DNA of 64,000 bases, from NCBI GenBank assembly GCA_051362555.1, contig CM120649.1:14136001-14200000 (forward strand), in the 5' to 3' direction. The DNA comes from Lingula anatina. Its lineage: Eukaryota > Animalia > Brachiopoda. This document shows, in pieces, positions 11,073 through 24,361 of this stretch. The notes below the pieces were generated by a model. It was given only the letters and a program-made list of their open reading frames with translations. It made no database searches and was not told the origin of the DNA. A program made the translations under genes and the position numbers. Each line of letters starts with the position of its first letter. Position 1 is the first letter of the stretch.

Positions 11073-14000
11073 ATGACAATGAAATCTCTCTGCGAGGCTG
11101 CAAGAAATGGTGATATCAACACAGTGAGGGGTCTGTTAGAGACTGGAGTGTTTGATGTGAACCAGATATATGTAAGTTTGTCAATATTGAAATAAATAAT
11201 GAGTAGTAGTTGTCCTTATACTAACTTTATGGACGAAAATAAGTCAGTTATACATTAAGGTAAAATGGTTAGAATTTATAATGATGTAATATTTATAATT
11301 AACGAGTATGGCCGAGAAATGTACAGAACTTAGCTTATTATTTCTTTATATCATTGTTACATCGTGCAGTTTCAAATATATGATCGATGTTAAATTGTAA
11401 AAATAATTTTAATAGTATGAAAAACGTAACAGTCTAACCTCTGAAAAGTATTTACAAATAACCTATCCCCGTATATACTTTATGTATATGGTTGCACGTG
11501 GACTTTAAGGGACACATTTGATATAAGAATTATGTAGATCGGATTAAACGGCGAAAGAAAGGTGGCAGAAAAAAACTTAAAAAAGGCTTATACAGTACTG
11601 CCGCTATCATTGTGTAGAATAAGTACACGGTCGTCTGCTGTGAACGAGGGGGGCGCAAACAGTTTATTTATTTATTTATTTATGTGATTTGTAAAATGGC
11701 TGTTGTATGTTATTCTAATATCATTAATAGATTATTATAATTATGTCAAAAATCGTATGCTTTATATGTAAACATTGTGTATCCTCAGTTTGGTCGCACA
11801 CCTCTTCATTACATTGCTGATGGTGGTCACAGCGATGTAGCAGCTCTACTCATTCAGCACGGAGCTGATCCCTGCAGTACAGACAGCGTATGTATATGTA
11901 TTTGATTTGAAACATGTACTTGATTATGCAATGCATAAACATATTGCACGCAAAGTACAAAATGTTACTTCCACTCATGTAAAACCAATTATAAAAAAAA
12001 GAAAAAAATGGAAGAAAATAAGAAAATTTAAAAATGAAAAAATTAGGCCCATTATTATCCTAAAAAGCCTCCATGCTGTTATTATATATGTTTAGGTAGA
12101 CACAGTGGCAAGATTGTTGGAAAATATAATACACCAAAGTTTTCAATGATTTGTTAAATAAGTATAGCATTTTATTCTGATATCCCTATCATGTCGTAAA
12201 GTGTTATCCTTCATGTGTAAATAATGTGTATCTTCAGGATGGTGATACACCTCTTCATTCGGCTGCTCTGCATGGTCACAGCGATGTAGCAGCTCTACTC
12301 ATTCAGCACGGAGCTGATCCCTGCAGTACAGACATGGTATGTGTATGTATTTGATTTGAAATATATACTTGATTATGCAATGCATAAACATATTTCACGC
12401 AGAAAACGAGATGTTAGTTCCACTAATGCATAGCCGAAAATTGAAAAATGCCACACTATTAAATTTGGTGAGGTAGAAGTCACAACACACAATGCTTTTC
12501 AAAGATTTGTAAAATTATTACTTTATATGTAAATATTGGGTATCTTCAGGATGGTCGTACACCTCTTCATGCGGCTGCTACGCATGGTCACAGCGATGTA
12601 GCAGCTGTACTCATTCAGCACGGAGCTGATCCCTGCAGTACAGACATGGTATGTGTATGTATTTGAATTAAAATATATACTTGATTTTGCAATGCAATAA
12701 ATATATTTCACGCCCAGTACGAGATGTTACTTCCACTCTTGGATAGCCAAATATTGAAAGTGCAACACTGTTAAATGTACAGTGAAGTAGACACGGTGGC
12801 ACAATTGTGAGAAGTCACAACACACAATACTTTTCAAAGATTTGTCAAAGCATTACTGTATTTTATTCTGATATCATTAACAGATTATGCTCATGTCGTA
12901 AATTGTTATCCTTCATGTGTAAATAATGTGTATCTTCAGGACGGTGATACACCTCTTCATGTGGCTGCATTTGAAGGTCACAGCGATGTAGCAGCTGTAC
13001 TCATTCAGCACAGAGCTGATCCCTGCAGTACAGACATGGTATGTATATGTATTTGATTTAAAATATATACTTGATTTTGCAATGCAATAAATATATTTCA
13101 CGCCCAGTACGAGATGTTACTTCCACTCTTGGATAGCCAAATATTGAAAGTGCAACACTGTTAAATGTACAGTGAAGTAGACACGGTGGCACAATTGTGA
13201 GAAGTCACAACACACAATACTTTTCAAAGATTTGTCAAAGCATTACTGTATTTTATTCTGATATCATTAACAGATTATGCTCATGTCGTAAATTGTTATC
13301 CTTCATGTGTAAATAATGTGTATCTTCAGGACGGTGATACACCTCTTCATGTGGCTGCACTTGAAGGTCACAGCGCTGTAGCAGCTGTACTCATTCAGCA
13401 CAGAGCTGATCCCTGCAGTACAGACATGGTATGTATATGTATTTGATTTAAAATATATACTTGATTATGCAATGCATTAACATATTTCACGCCGAAAACG
13501 ATATGTTACTTCCTCTCATGCAAAGCCAAAAATTGAAAGCGCAACACTGTTAAATATATATATATGTATGATGAGGTAGACACGGTGAAAAAACTGTTTG
13601 AAATTACAACACACAATACTTTCCAAAGATTTGTCAAATCATTATTGTATTTTATGCTGATATCATTAACATATTATCATTATTTTGTAAAATTGTATGC
13701 TTCATATTTAAATGTTGGGTATCTTCAGTATGGCCGTACACTTCTTCATGTGGCTGCTGGGCGTGGTCACAGCAATGTAGCAGCTTTACTCATTAAGCAC
13801 GGAGCTGATCCCTGCAGTACAGACATGGTATGTATATGTATTTGATTTGAAATATATACTTGATTATGCAATGCATAAACATATTGCACGCAAACAACTA
13901 GATGTTACTTCAACTCATGCAAAACCAAACATTAAAAATGAAAAAAAAAAAAAAATGGAAGAAAGGAAGAAAATTTTAAAATAAAACATTTAGGCCTATC

Positions 14001-17000
14001 AGTATCCTTAACAGCCCCATGCTGTTATTTTATATGTTTAGGTAGATACAGTGGTAAAATCGTTAGAAGTCACAACACACAATAGTTATCGAAGATTTGT
14101 CAAATCATTGCTGTATTTTATTCTGATATCATTAACAGATTAAATCACATGGTACATTTCTATCCTTCATATATAAATATTGGGTATCTTCAGTTTGGTC
14201 GTACACCTCTTCATGTGGTTGCTTTGCGTGGTCACATCGATGTAGCAGCTGTACTCATTCAGCACGGAGCTGATCCCTGCAGTACAGACAAGGTATGTAT
14301 ATGTATTTGATTTAAAATATATGCTTGATTTTGCAGTGCATAAATATATTTCACGCCAAATACGGGATGTTACTTCCAATCATGCTTATCCAAATATTGA
14401 AAGTACAACACTGTTAAATATGGTGAGGTAGACACGGTGACAAAACTGTTTGAAATTACAACACATAATACTTTTCAAAGATTTGTAAAATTATTACTTT
14501 ATTTTATTCTGATAACATTAACAGATTATAATCATGTCGTAAAATCGTATGCTTCATATTTAAATATTGGGTATCTTCAGAATGGTCGTACACCTCTTCA
14601 TGCGGCTGCTTTTGAAGGTCACAGCGATGTAGCAGCTGTACTCATTCAGCACGGAGCTGATCCCTGCAGTACAGACATGGTATGTGTATGTATTTGATTT
14701 AAAATATATACTTGATTTTGCAATGATACACCTCTTCATGCGGCTGCTCTGCATGGTCACAGCGATGTAGCAGCTGTACTCATTCAGCACGGAGCTGATC
14801 CCTGCAGTACAGACAAGGTATGTATATGTATTTGATTTAAAATATATACTTGATTATGCAATGCATTAACATATTTCACGCCGAAAACGATATGTTACTT
14901 CCTCTCATGCAAAGCCAAAAATTGAAAGGGCAACACTGTTAAATATATATATATGTATGATGAGGTAGACACGGTGAAAAAACTGTTTGAAATTACAACA
15001 CACAATACTTTCCAAAGATTTGTCAAATCATTATTGTATTTTATGCTGATATCATTAACATATTATCATTATTTTGTAAAATTGTATGCTTCATATTTAA
15101 ATGTTGGGTATCTTCAGTATGGCCGTACACTTCTTCATGTGGCTGCTGGGCGTGGTCACAGCAATGAAGCAACTTTACTCATTAAGCACGGAGCTAATCT
15201 CTGTGGTACAGACATTGTATGTATATGTATTTGATTTGAAATATATACTTGATTATTCAATGCATAAACATATTGCACGCAAACAACTAGATGTTACTTC
15301 AACTCATGCAAAACCAAACATTAAAAATGAAAAAAAAAAATGGAACAAAGGAAGAAAATTTTAAAATAAAACATTTAGGCCTATCAGTATCCTTAACAGC
15401 CCCATGCTGTTATTTTATATGTTTAGGTAGATACAGTGGTAAAATCGTTAGAAGTCACAACACACAATAGTTATCGAAGATTTGTCAAATCATTGCTGTA
15501 TTTTATTCTGATATCATTAACAGATTAAATCATATGGTACATTTCTATCCTTCATATATAAATATTGGGTATCTTCAGTTTGGTCGTACACCTCTTCATG
15601 TGGCTGCTTTGCGTGGTCACATCGATGTAGCAGCTGTACTCATTCAGCACGGAGCTGATCCCTGCAGTACAGACAAGGTATGTATATGTATTTGATTTAA
15701 AATATATGCTTGATTTTGCAGTGCATAAATATAATTCACGCCAAATACGGGATGTTACTTCCAATCATGCTTATCCAAATATTGAAAGTACAACACTGTT
15801 AAATATGGTGAGGTAGACACGGTGACAAAACTGTTTGAAATTACAACACATAATACTTTTCAAAGATTTGTAAAATTATTACTTTATTTTATTCTGATAA
15901 CATTAACAGATTATAATCATGTCGTAAAATCGTATGCTTCATATTTAAATATTGGGTATCTTCAGAATGGTCGTACACCTCTTCATGCGGCTGCTTTTGA
16001 AGGTCACAGCGATGTAGCAGCTGTACTCATTCAGCACGGAGCTGATCCCTGCAGGACAGACATGGTATGTATAAGTATTTGATTTGACATATATACTTGA
16101 TTATGCAATGCATAAATATAAATCACGCCAAATACGGGATGTTACTTCCAATCATGCTTATCCAAATATTGAAAGTACAACACTGTTAAATATGGTGAGG
16201 TAGACACGGTGACAAAACTGTTTGAAATTACAAAACATAATACTTTCCAAAGATTTGTCAAATCATTATTGTATTTTATGCTGATATCATTAACATATTA
16301 TCATTATTTCGTAAAATTGTATGCTTCATGTGTAAATATTGCGTATCTTCAGGACGGTGATACACCTCTTCATGTGGCTGCATTTGAAGGTTACAGCGAT
16401 GTAGCAGCTGTACTCATTCAGCACGGAGCTGATCCCTGCAGGACAGACAAGGTATATGTATATGTATTTGATTTAAAATATATGCTTGATTTTGCAGTGC
16501 ATAAATATATTTCACGCCAAATACGAGATGTAACTTCCATTCATGCATAGCCAAAAATTGAAAGCGCAACACTGTTAAATATATATGTATGATGAGGTAG
16601 ACACGGTGACAAAACTGTTTGAAATTACAACACACAATACTTTCCAAAGATTTGTCAAATCATTATTGTATTTTATGCTGATATCATTAACATATTATCA
16701 TTATTTTGTAAAATTGTATGCTTCATATTTAAATGTTGGGTATCTTCAGGATGGTCGTACACCTCTTCATGTGGCTGCTATATATGGTCACAGCGATGTA
16801 GCAGCTGTACTCATTCAGCACGGAGCTGATCCCTGCAGTACAGACAAGGTATGTATATGTATTTGATTTAAAATATATGCTTGATTTTGCAGTGCATAAA
16901 TATATTTCACGCCAAATACGGGATGTTACTTCCAATCATGCATAGCCAAAAATTGAAAATGGGACACTGTTAATTATGGTGATGTAGCGCACAGGGGTAT

Positions 17001-20000
17001 AATTGTTAGAGATCACAACACAGAATATGTCCATGTTATCTATTTATCGAATTATTTTCAACTAATAACAAAAAACTAAATAATCTTCACAAAGTAATTT
17101 TTTTTTTAAATGATCAAAGGTGCCAACCCTTCAGGTTGACAATTGTTTGCATGTACTCTTACATGTTATCCAAACTGTGTGTATCACAGTAAATGAGAAT
17201 ACATTAAAACTAAACTGGGGGTGGTCACGGGATACGGCAGATCTATATGTTTTTTTAACGCGTTATTAATCCCTTTATCAACGCAAAACCTAAAAAATAA
17301 AAATAGTAAACTCTGACATATGAATTTACTGTACTGTACTCTGATATGTTAACACCCTATACTGTCTCACTTTACCTGTAATGTCATTTAAACATGTGTT
17401 TATTATAGAGTGGTATACGTCCCCGCGATCTGCTAAGGACAAACCAGGTTTTCGAAACATTTATAAAGAAATTCGAGAATGAACAAGTCCAGGTGAGCGA
17501 ATTTATTTGAGTCGTATAAGAAACTAGTAGAAGTGGTTTATATGTGTTACTGGGAATCCACGCTCCACCGATGCTCGGTTCGTAACTTTAATAAGCGTAA
17601 AAAATTCAAAGACGTTAAAATACCACTTTTAATATTAATATTACAAACTCAAGGACGGCATCTATCAAAAGCACTTAATACTTAGTGTCTTTTCTTCCAG
17701 CACTTCATTCTCATCTTGTGTTTGGAACATGTTGCTGCTACTATGACCCTTGTTGAGGCTAATGCTCTTTTCAAAGAAGACATGAGTTGCATTTCCCCAA
17801 ATGAACATGAGAACAAGAAGTTAGACAGATTAAAGAATTGGACGATCAGTCTTGGGATTAGAACTATCCGAGAGTTTAAAGCGAGATTGGCGGGTGCAGG
17901 GCATCAAAACTTGACTGGTGAGTGCTAGATAGACGGATATTGTACATGTATTCATACTGAATTGCGAGAAGAAGCACAAGAAATACAGACTGCATTTTTT
18001 TTTCATTTTCAAAGAGTGATTTCATACGCTGAAAGATTGGCAAAAAATGGACTGTACATACGATAGTTATACCTGCCTATTTTAAGCTAGATATGACAGG
18101 TCTTTACAATTTTTACGGTACCCTCTGCCAGCGACCTTTACCAACATAAGGTCATGAGTTGACAAGCTACATATCTGCTTATCATTTGTCATGTAATTCT
18201 GCGATTTGTAATGTGTACTGTGACATCTTATGTTGAATAAAGCGGAACCTGTTTTCGCTTTTGATATAAATACAAGTAAATGTCTTTTATTCTAAAATCA
18301 CAAAGCAATGCAAATGCATGCATCACATATACATCTACATAAAACACTTTTAAAGCATACAGCAGGTAAAGTCACACCCACTATCAACTGATTTACCAGT
18401 ACATTTATTTATATAGTGGCTGCTGCTAATCACTATGCCGAGATCGCCAAAAAGATTACGGACATGTCAGCCGTTTGCTACGGAACATTTTGTCAAGCTC
18501 CTTTGGCACACCGGCACATGATTTCAACGGCTGGTTGTCCCACAGAGCAGAGATGTGAAATGAGGTGAATATAGAAGCGTGTGTATGTGTGTGTGTGTGT
18601 GTGTCAAAGAGCGCAAACCTAATGCAGGGAGATTATAATTCCGCCCATAGCCTCAGTCCTATTCGTATATTAAGTGTTAAGTTAATGGTCTCAGTCATGT
18701 TTTTTGGGTGTCCTGTAATTCAGCCATGTGTTCTATACATATTGGTTAAAAAAGCAGATAGATATGTCACTGCTCTACTAATTGGAAATGGCTAACATGC
18801 ATTTTTAAAATAAATTATCCACCCCCACGCTACTACATCGCTCCAAACGACCAGTTCAGTGTACACACCATAGTTGCATACTTTATGATACGGTTTGTAT
18901 ATGTAACTCTGTACATCAATATTTCTTAACAATTATAATTTTCTTTTAAACAGAATCGGTTTTTCATGTTGTATTGATCATCTCATCAAAATTGACTCAA
19001 TATTTCTACATTCTGTGAAATAAACCTGTAGATATATTATTTCTCCACGTTAAGTGTATACCTACACTGTATAGATAAGCCAACAGTGCACTGACTGTCC
19101 TAATTATTATATATCCCCTTTGGCTCATTCCAGTATGGAGACAGATTCGTACCAATACGATGCCTACTTAGCGCACGCCAGCGACGATGAAGAGGCAGTG
19201 GACGAGGTGAGGGGACAGTTAGAGTCTAATGGAGTCCGCTGTTGTGAGCCTCCCTTGCCAGGATCAATTAAAATAAAATCCATGTGTGAATCCGTCGAGA
19301 TGGCCAAGCGTACGGTGCCTTTCTTTTCCAAAACGTCTTTGTCCGATAATGTATTTCTTAACATATGTGACGTGGCAGAATTCGAAGCTAAAAATAGGAA
19401 AGAAGACGTGGTGATTCCCGTAACCATGGACGTCGGTCCCGAGTCTTTACCACCAGTGGTCAGAGTGCGAAACTGCATAAATTTCCAGAGCCAAAATTTC
19501 ATCCCGTCATTGGTTGATGCCATTAAAGGTAAATGTTCTTAAAACACAGCGTGAACTGATGAAGAACCTTTTTCAAGTTTTAGAACTTTAAAGCGCTTAC
19601 ATAGAAATTTAATGAGCAACTTTGCTTCTACATGTACACATAATATTATTAATCATAGTTAGACACTTCATTTGAAAATATCTCTGTAACACATATCCCT
19701 ACCGCGTATTTATGTTTGTGTTTATGTGTGTGTGTGTGTGTGTGCGTGTGTGCGTGTGTGTGGAGGGGGTGCATTTACTAATAACCCATCCATAAATAAT
19801 ATATGCGTTATTTGATTAGCTTACCCTTTTTTAATGAAGCCGCTCTCCTTTTAGGACCAGCGTGTGCGCCCCTCTATGGCCAACTCCGTGATGAAAACAA
19901 AAATATGAAACAGGAGATTGCAGCAAAGGATGACATGATTCGAGAATTGCGCCAACAACTTGAAGAAAGTAGAGCATTAAACAGACGTCTGCAGGCAGAG

Positions 20001-20027
20001 TTAGAGGTTACGGCCCCTCCAAAATAA
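11073..20027 (+). CDS. Ankyrin-repeat (14x) + death-like + TIR + coiled-coil protein, about 800 aa
   Basis: Coding exons: 11073-11171, then 99-nt ANK exons starting 11789, 12238, 12550, 12940, 13330, 13729, 14194, 14581, 15118, 15579, 15966, 16353, 16750, then 17409-17492, 17701-17917, 18417-18564, 19134-19528, 19855-20027. All are GT-AG, total 2403 nt, open frame. ANK motif GxTPLHxAAxxGHxxVxxxLIxHGAD, TIR motifs YDAYLAHA...LPG...FSK...VIPV...LP, heptad-rich tail. Confidence 0.85.
11700..16990 (+). repeat. Tandem exon+intron array (about 310-465 bp units, commonly about 390 bp) with a higher-order duplication of about 1385 bp
   Basis: Each unit has gtatcttcag + ANK exon + gtatgtatatgtatttgattt. 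Exon trio 13729/14194/14581 recurs as 15118/15579/15966. Confidence 0.95.
14724..14817 (+). pseudogene. Acceptor-less ankyrin pseudo-exon
   Basis: DTPLHAAALHGHSDV...TDK with an intact donor is fused directly to the start of the preceding intron (ttgcaatgatacacct). The splice acceptor and first two codons are deleted, and read-through from the previous exon hits TGA at 14695-14697. Confidence 0.85.
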
Positions 20028-21270
20028 TTTGTCTGTGGATTACAAAAAATGAGAACTACGACTATTATAATTTTTGCCTATTTGATGTAATGTCTCTCAC
20101 TCTCTCTCTCTCTCTGGCATATGTTGTGTTACAGAAAATTTCGTTAAACTTCTCGCATTGAGTTGAAGGAGAACCACCGTTTTTCAATATCCAATATCAG
20201 ATAACCAGAAAATCTATAAATAATTAGGATTAAATGTTAGATTCACTTATTTCACTGCACGGATGGAGAATAAGTAAAAAAGTGTAAATCATTTCTTGGA
20301 AAGAAAAAAGGTTTCATAATGTTGCAGACCATAACCACTAAAGTATACAACCAGCAGTAAAATGATGGCTGATCCAGTGAATACCATGACAACGTGCTAG
20401 CCGGTTGACATAGTAAGATATTTACGCCCTACTTGAAATGAACATAATGGACTAATTTCGATGATCTATCTTGTTTGTTGTTTAATATCATATCCAGCAT
20501 TTAGAATGAATGACCAGCAAGAATCAGTGGAATATATTATGGATTGAGTATAACCATGTTGAATGAAGATATTAACAAGTTATTTCCCTAAATTGTATGA
20601 TGAATGTATTTTAATGAAACTTAATTATTTTGATATTTTCCAATCCAACAATATTATTTGTGAGAATCGTATTTAATTAAATTGTATATTATATATTTGT
20701 ATATTATCATATAATTGTGTATTGTATATTGATTATTAAGTCAAATTTTACTCAAACATTCCATATTATAGGAGGACCGAAATCCGATGTGAAATAACTT
20801 TCTGTGTTTTGTATGTGTAAAATGTGATTGTTGACCACGTGAATAAGGATTTCTTGAATGTTTGTGAGGATGTTTTCATATTGCAGAGCTAGGTGTTGCA
20901 GAACATTCTGAGGTGTGTTTAAAGATTAATTTTACGAGGTGTGCTCGACAAACGACGTTTTAGTGACGTAAAACTAATACAGCACATCGTGACTTAATTA
21001 ACGGTGGATGTGCTGATAAATGACCAGCTGATCTCTTCTACTTGCATAATGTACGTTTACAAATCATCAACAGTGAAACCTTTTATTCGAACAAGAAACA
21101 AGTTTGTAAATCGTTGAAAGAAATTGATTTTACTAGAAATATAGTAAATATTCATCTATGGTAAATGTTTTCCACTGGGCAGTGTTACCAATAGGATAGC
21201 GCTATCCAGTGTTGATGTGAGTGTGGCTGTGCATATTGTAAGTCCTTAACAGCGCTCCCTAATCACTCAA

Positions 21271-21700
21271 GGGTTTTTTGTCAAGTCCGCATTACAGTTT
21301 TCGTATCAAAAGCTATGATAAATTGTGTGGTATTACGTCCAACATCTCTAATTACATATACCAATTCATTTATGTAGTTTGCATTTAGCTATTCAAGATG
21401 GTAGATAAATATTTGCCTTAAGTAATTCATTGGAATGTGTTGTTATTATTGAGACGTTCTTATCCTGTTTTGCGATTATTAAAGTTTTTTAAGAATACGA
21501 CCGAAAAAGGTTTTTTGGCAAGTCCGCATAACAGTCTTCTTATCAAAAGCTATGATAAATTGTGTGGTATTACGTCCAACATCTCTAATTATATATACCA
21601 ATTCATTTATGTAGTTTGCATTAAGCTTTTCAAGATGATAGATAAAGTTATTTATTGAAATGTGTTGTTATTATTAAGATACTTATCCCTATGTTTTTTT
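21271..21700 (+). repeat. Two-copy tandem repeat of about 238 bp (third copy at about 38510-38700)
   Basis: caagtccgca...tatcaaaagctatgataaattgtgtggtattacgtccaacatctctaatta occurs at about 21282, 21519 and 38519. Confidence 0.85.
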
Positions 21701-24056
21701 TTTTTAATTTTTTTTCGTTTTTTTTTTATGAAATACGACCTAAAAAGAGGGGTTTTTGTTTTTCTGGTATGCCTAGATAAGATTTTCACTTGCATTTAAA
21801 TATAATTTCTATTGGACTTTATTATATAGAAGCACAGGCATATTAGACAAAGGTGTTTTAAGGTTCGGTAATATTGGCCAGCTGACATATAAACCACATA
21901 AAATGTATTCTGTTATACTTAATTGACATGCTATATATTTAACAAATTACGTATACATGTAATACCACATACAAACTTCCCATTGTAGAATATACCCTGA
22001 AAACCACAAATGTTTATATCATTTATTATCGTTATATTCTCACTTCAGATCAGGAAACATATTTTCCTATAAGTAAACCGACAATAGAATGTATAGAGAA
22101 GATATCAGAACATTGCATCGTAAAGTTTGCTAGCTGTGATGTATAACTACGCTTTCGATGATTGGTCCGTTATACACGTACTGCATCTACATTGTAGCTC
22201 ACGAGGCTACCATCTCGTTCTAGACCCAACAAATATAAAAGTTAACAGGAGTTAGATGTCGAAATTCATTTCTCAACAAAAACTGGATTTTCAAATTTAA
22301 CAAAGGATTGGTTTTGGTTTTGTACAGTTATTCTTCCATATATGATCTCTGCCCATATAACTTATGCTAAGATAATTGATCACAATTTTGCAACAGAGAC
22401 CAGGTGAAATTTCTCCCAGGGTTAAATGTATATGCTAAGCATCTAGCTGATGTTTGTCTTATTTATTGAGAAAAGACAAGTACCAAATATGACAGAAGTA
22501 ATCAAATATGCTTATTACATTAATGTATTTTCGTAAATACATTTTGTTTATACAGAATGATAAGCTCAATACAAAGGTGAGCCAATAGCGCTAGGTCTAT
22601 TTGTTATATCTTCGGTAGGAGTCAGACCTCTTAAAAGCAATGGCGAAAAAAAAAACACCCAAATACCCCATTTTCACGAGGATCAGTCAAATGGAGGCAT
22701 GACTGGTTTTCTGATGAAACAAGATTTCTTCGAGACTGCATAATTTATGTTAAGATCGGAATAAAACAGATTAGCTGAAGACTGTGAGTTGAGAAGTGCT
22801 GGATAGAGTGGTGGTTCTATTCACCTTTAGACTGCCATTCCTTTAGAAGCTTGATCTAGTTTGGTGTTTCACAGACAGCTATTACCTGAATTATGGGAAT
22901 TCTGACGACAGAAATGGTGTAAGGGCTCATTTCGGTCGTACTCTTTTGTTACAATATGGCAATGGTCCATCTCAACTTGATCGTAGAACTCAAACATTAT
23001 TCAGTGACCAGGGAAATCAGCAAGTAGACTGGTCTGTTTTTCCTGTTTTGAATCCCACTTAGCCTTGTTGGGATGATTTAGAAAATATTAGTAGGAGGTC
23101 CGGCGGAATACATGGGATAAGATGAAGTAGCCGTTCTTGTTGTGGGTGGTTATATCTGAGTAACGAAACTCCAGAAAATGGTGAAGTCATTACCTTGAAG
23201 ACGAGATAACAGAATCTGGGTTTGTAGCGGATACCCTAGATGATGATTAATTCTTAAATGTACAGTATTGCTTTTGGGTGACTCTGCTTTTCTCCTCTAA
23301 TGCCTGCTTTCTTGGGCTTGGCATTTGCATTTCTCAGTATTTTTCCACTTTTTCATAAATGTACAATTGATCACTGGAAGTTGCCCAAGCGTATAAATGC
23401 TCCCGGAATGTACTGTAACTTGAAGGTAGAACTTGGAATAACAATGAAGCACTAATGAGCTGGTTGTAAGTTACATTTTCTCTTATTTTGAACTTACTGA
23501 AATCGAGGAATCAGAACTCTTTTGGAATATTCCATCATTTGAAGCAAGAGTGTATATAATATTGACCTCCAATGTGGATATAAATAAAATTTAGTTTAAA
23601 AAATGTAATATATGAATATTGACTTTGGGTGAAATTGTCTCTGGGATTTATTGACCCCACACTTGGATAATTGACCAAGGCAGAAAATGCGAGCATAACT
23701 AAGGTGACTCATAAAATCAGTTTTTTTTAGTAAAATGGTGCAGCTCCGCATCCATATTGAATATAAGGATATGTCATTAGTAGAGATTGCAGCGCATTAC
23801 AGGAGACAGACAAGCTGGTTCGTTACGAACTGTTGAATAAATGGAGGAGAGCCTGGAAGTTTGCCCCAAACTAAGGATGCATACCAAATGATGTAGACTA
23901 CATCGACGTCAAAAACTTAACCTGACTTTATGTGTTTTAACACGCAAAAACGTAATTTTAATGCAGCGTTCAGTAATTTAAAAAGTTTGCAATTGAATAA
24001 AGCTCGAAAAAAAAAATTCCGAGGTTTTCATTCAATGGAATTACCATCTGGCAATG

Positions 24057-24361
24057 ATAACTACTGACAGGGAGCCAGAGTATTGTAGGGCATATCAAGC
24101 GTCGGCGATTTAAATGGCTCGGCCATGTACTCAGGATGGACGAGAACCGAGTACCAAAGGTAGCTTTGAGATGGACATCACCTGGAAAAAGAAAGAGAGG
24201 AAGGCCCAAGACCACCTGGCGCCGAACAGTGATGGCAGAGCTGAGGGAGGGGGACCTTACATGGGGACAGTCCAGCACGTAGCCAGAGATAGGGCCAAGT
24301 GGAAAGAAGTGACTGTGGCCTTATGTCCCACACGGGACGAAGAGCATTGATGATGATGATG
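24057..24361 (+). mobile_element. 5'-truncated RTE-clade LINE 3' end
   Basis: Translation gives KRRRFKWLGHVLRM...PKVALRW...GKRKRGRPKTTWRRTV...ARDRAKW, followed by a (TGA)n tail. It is flanked by AATG and absent at the paralogous site about 40190. Confidence 0.88.

Noticed and set aside
12523-16935. Repeated minus-strand ORFs and intron-extended plus-strand ORFs in the ANK array
   Set aside because: They are antisense shadows or intronic extensions of the 99-nt exons.
11700-16990. CRISPR-like repeat array
   Set aside because: Units are about 390 bp exon+intron duplicates with splice sites and homologous intervening DNA. There are no unique spacers and no cas genes, and the context is eukaryotic.
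19134-19528. TIR as an NAD+-cleaving effector (SARM1/Thoeris-like)
   Set aside because: The position equivalent to the catalytic glutamate appears to be Ile by manual alignment.
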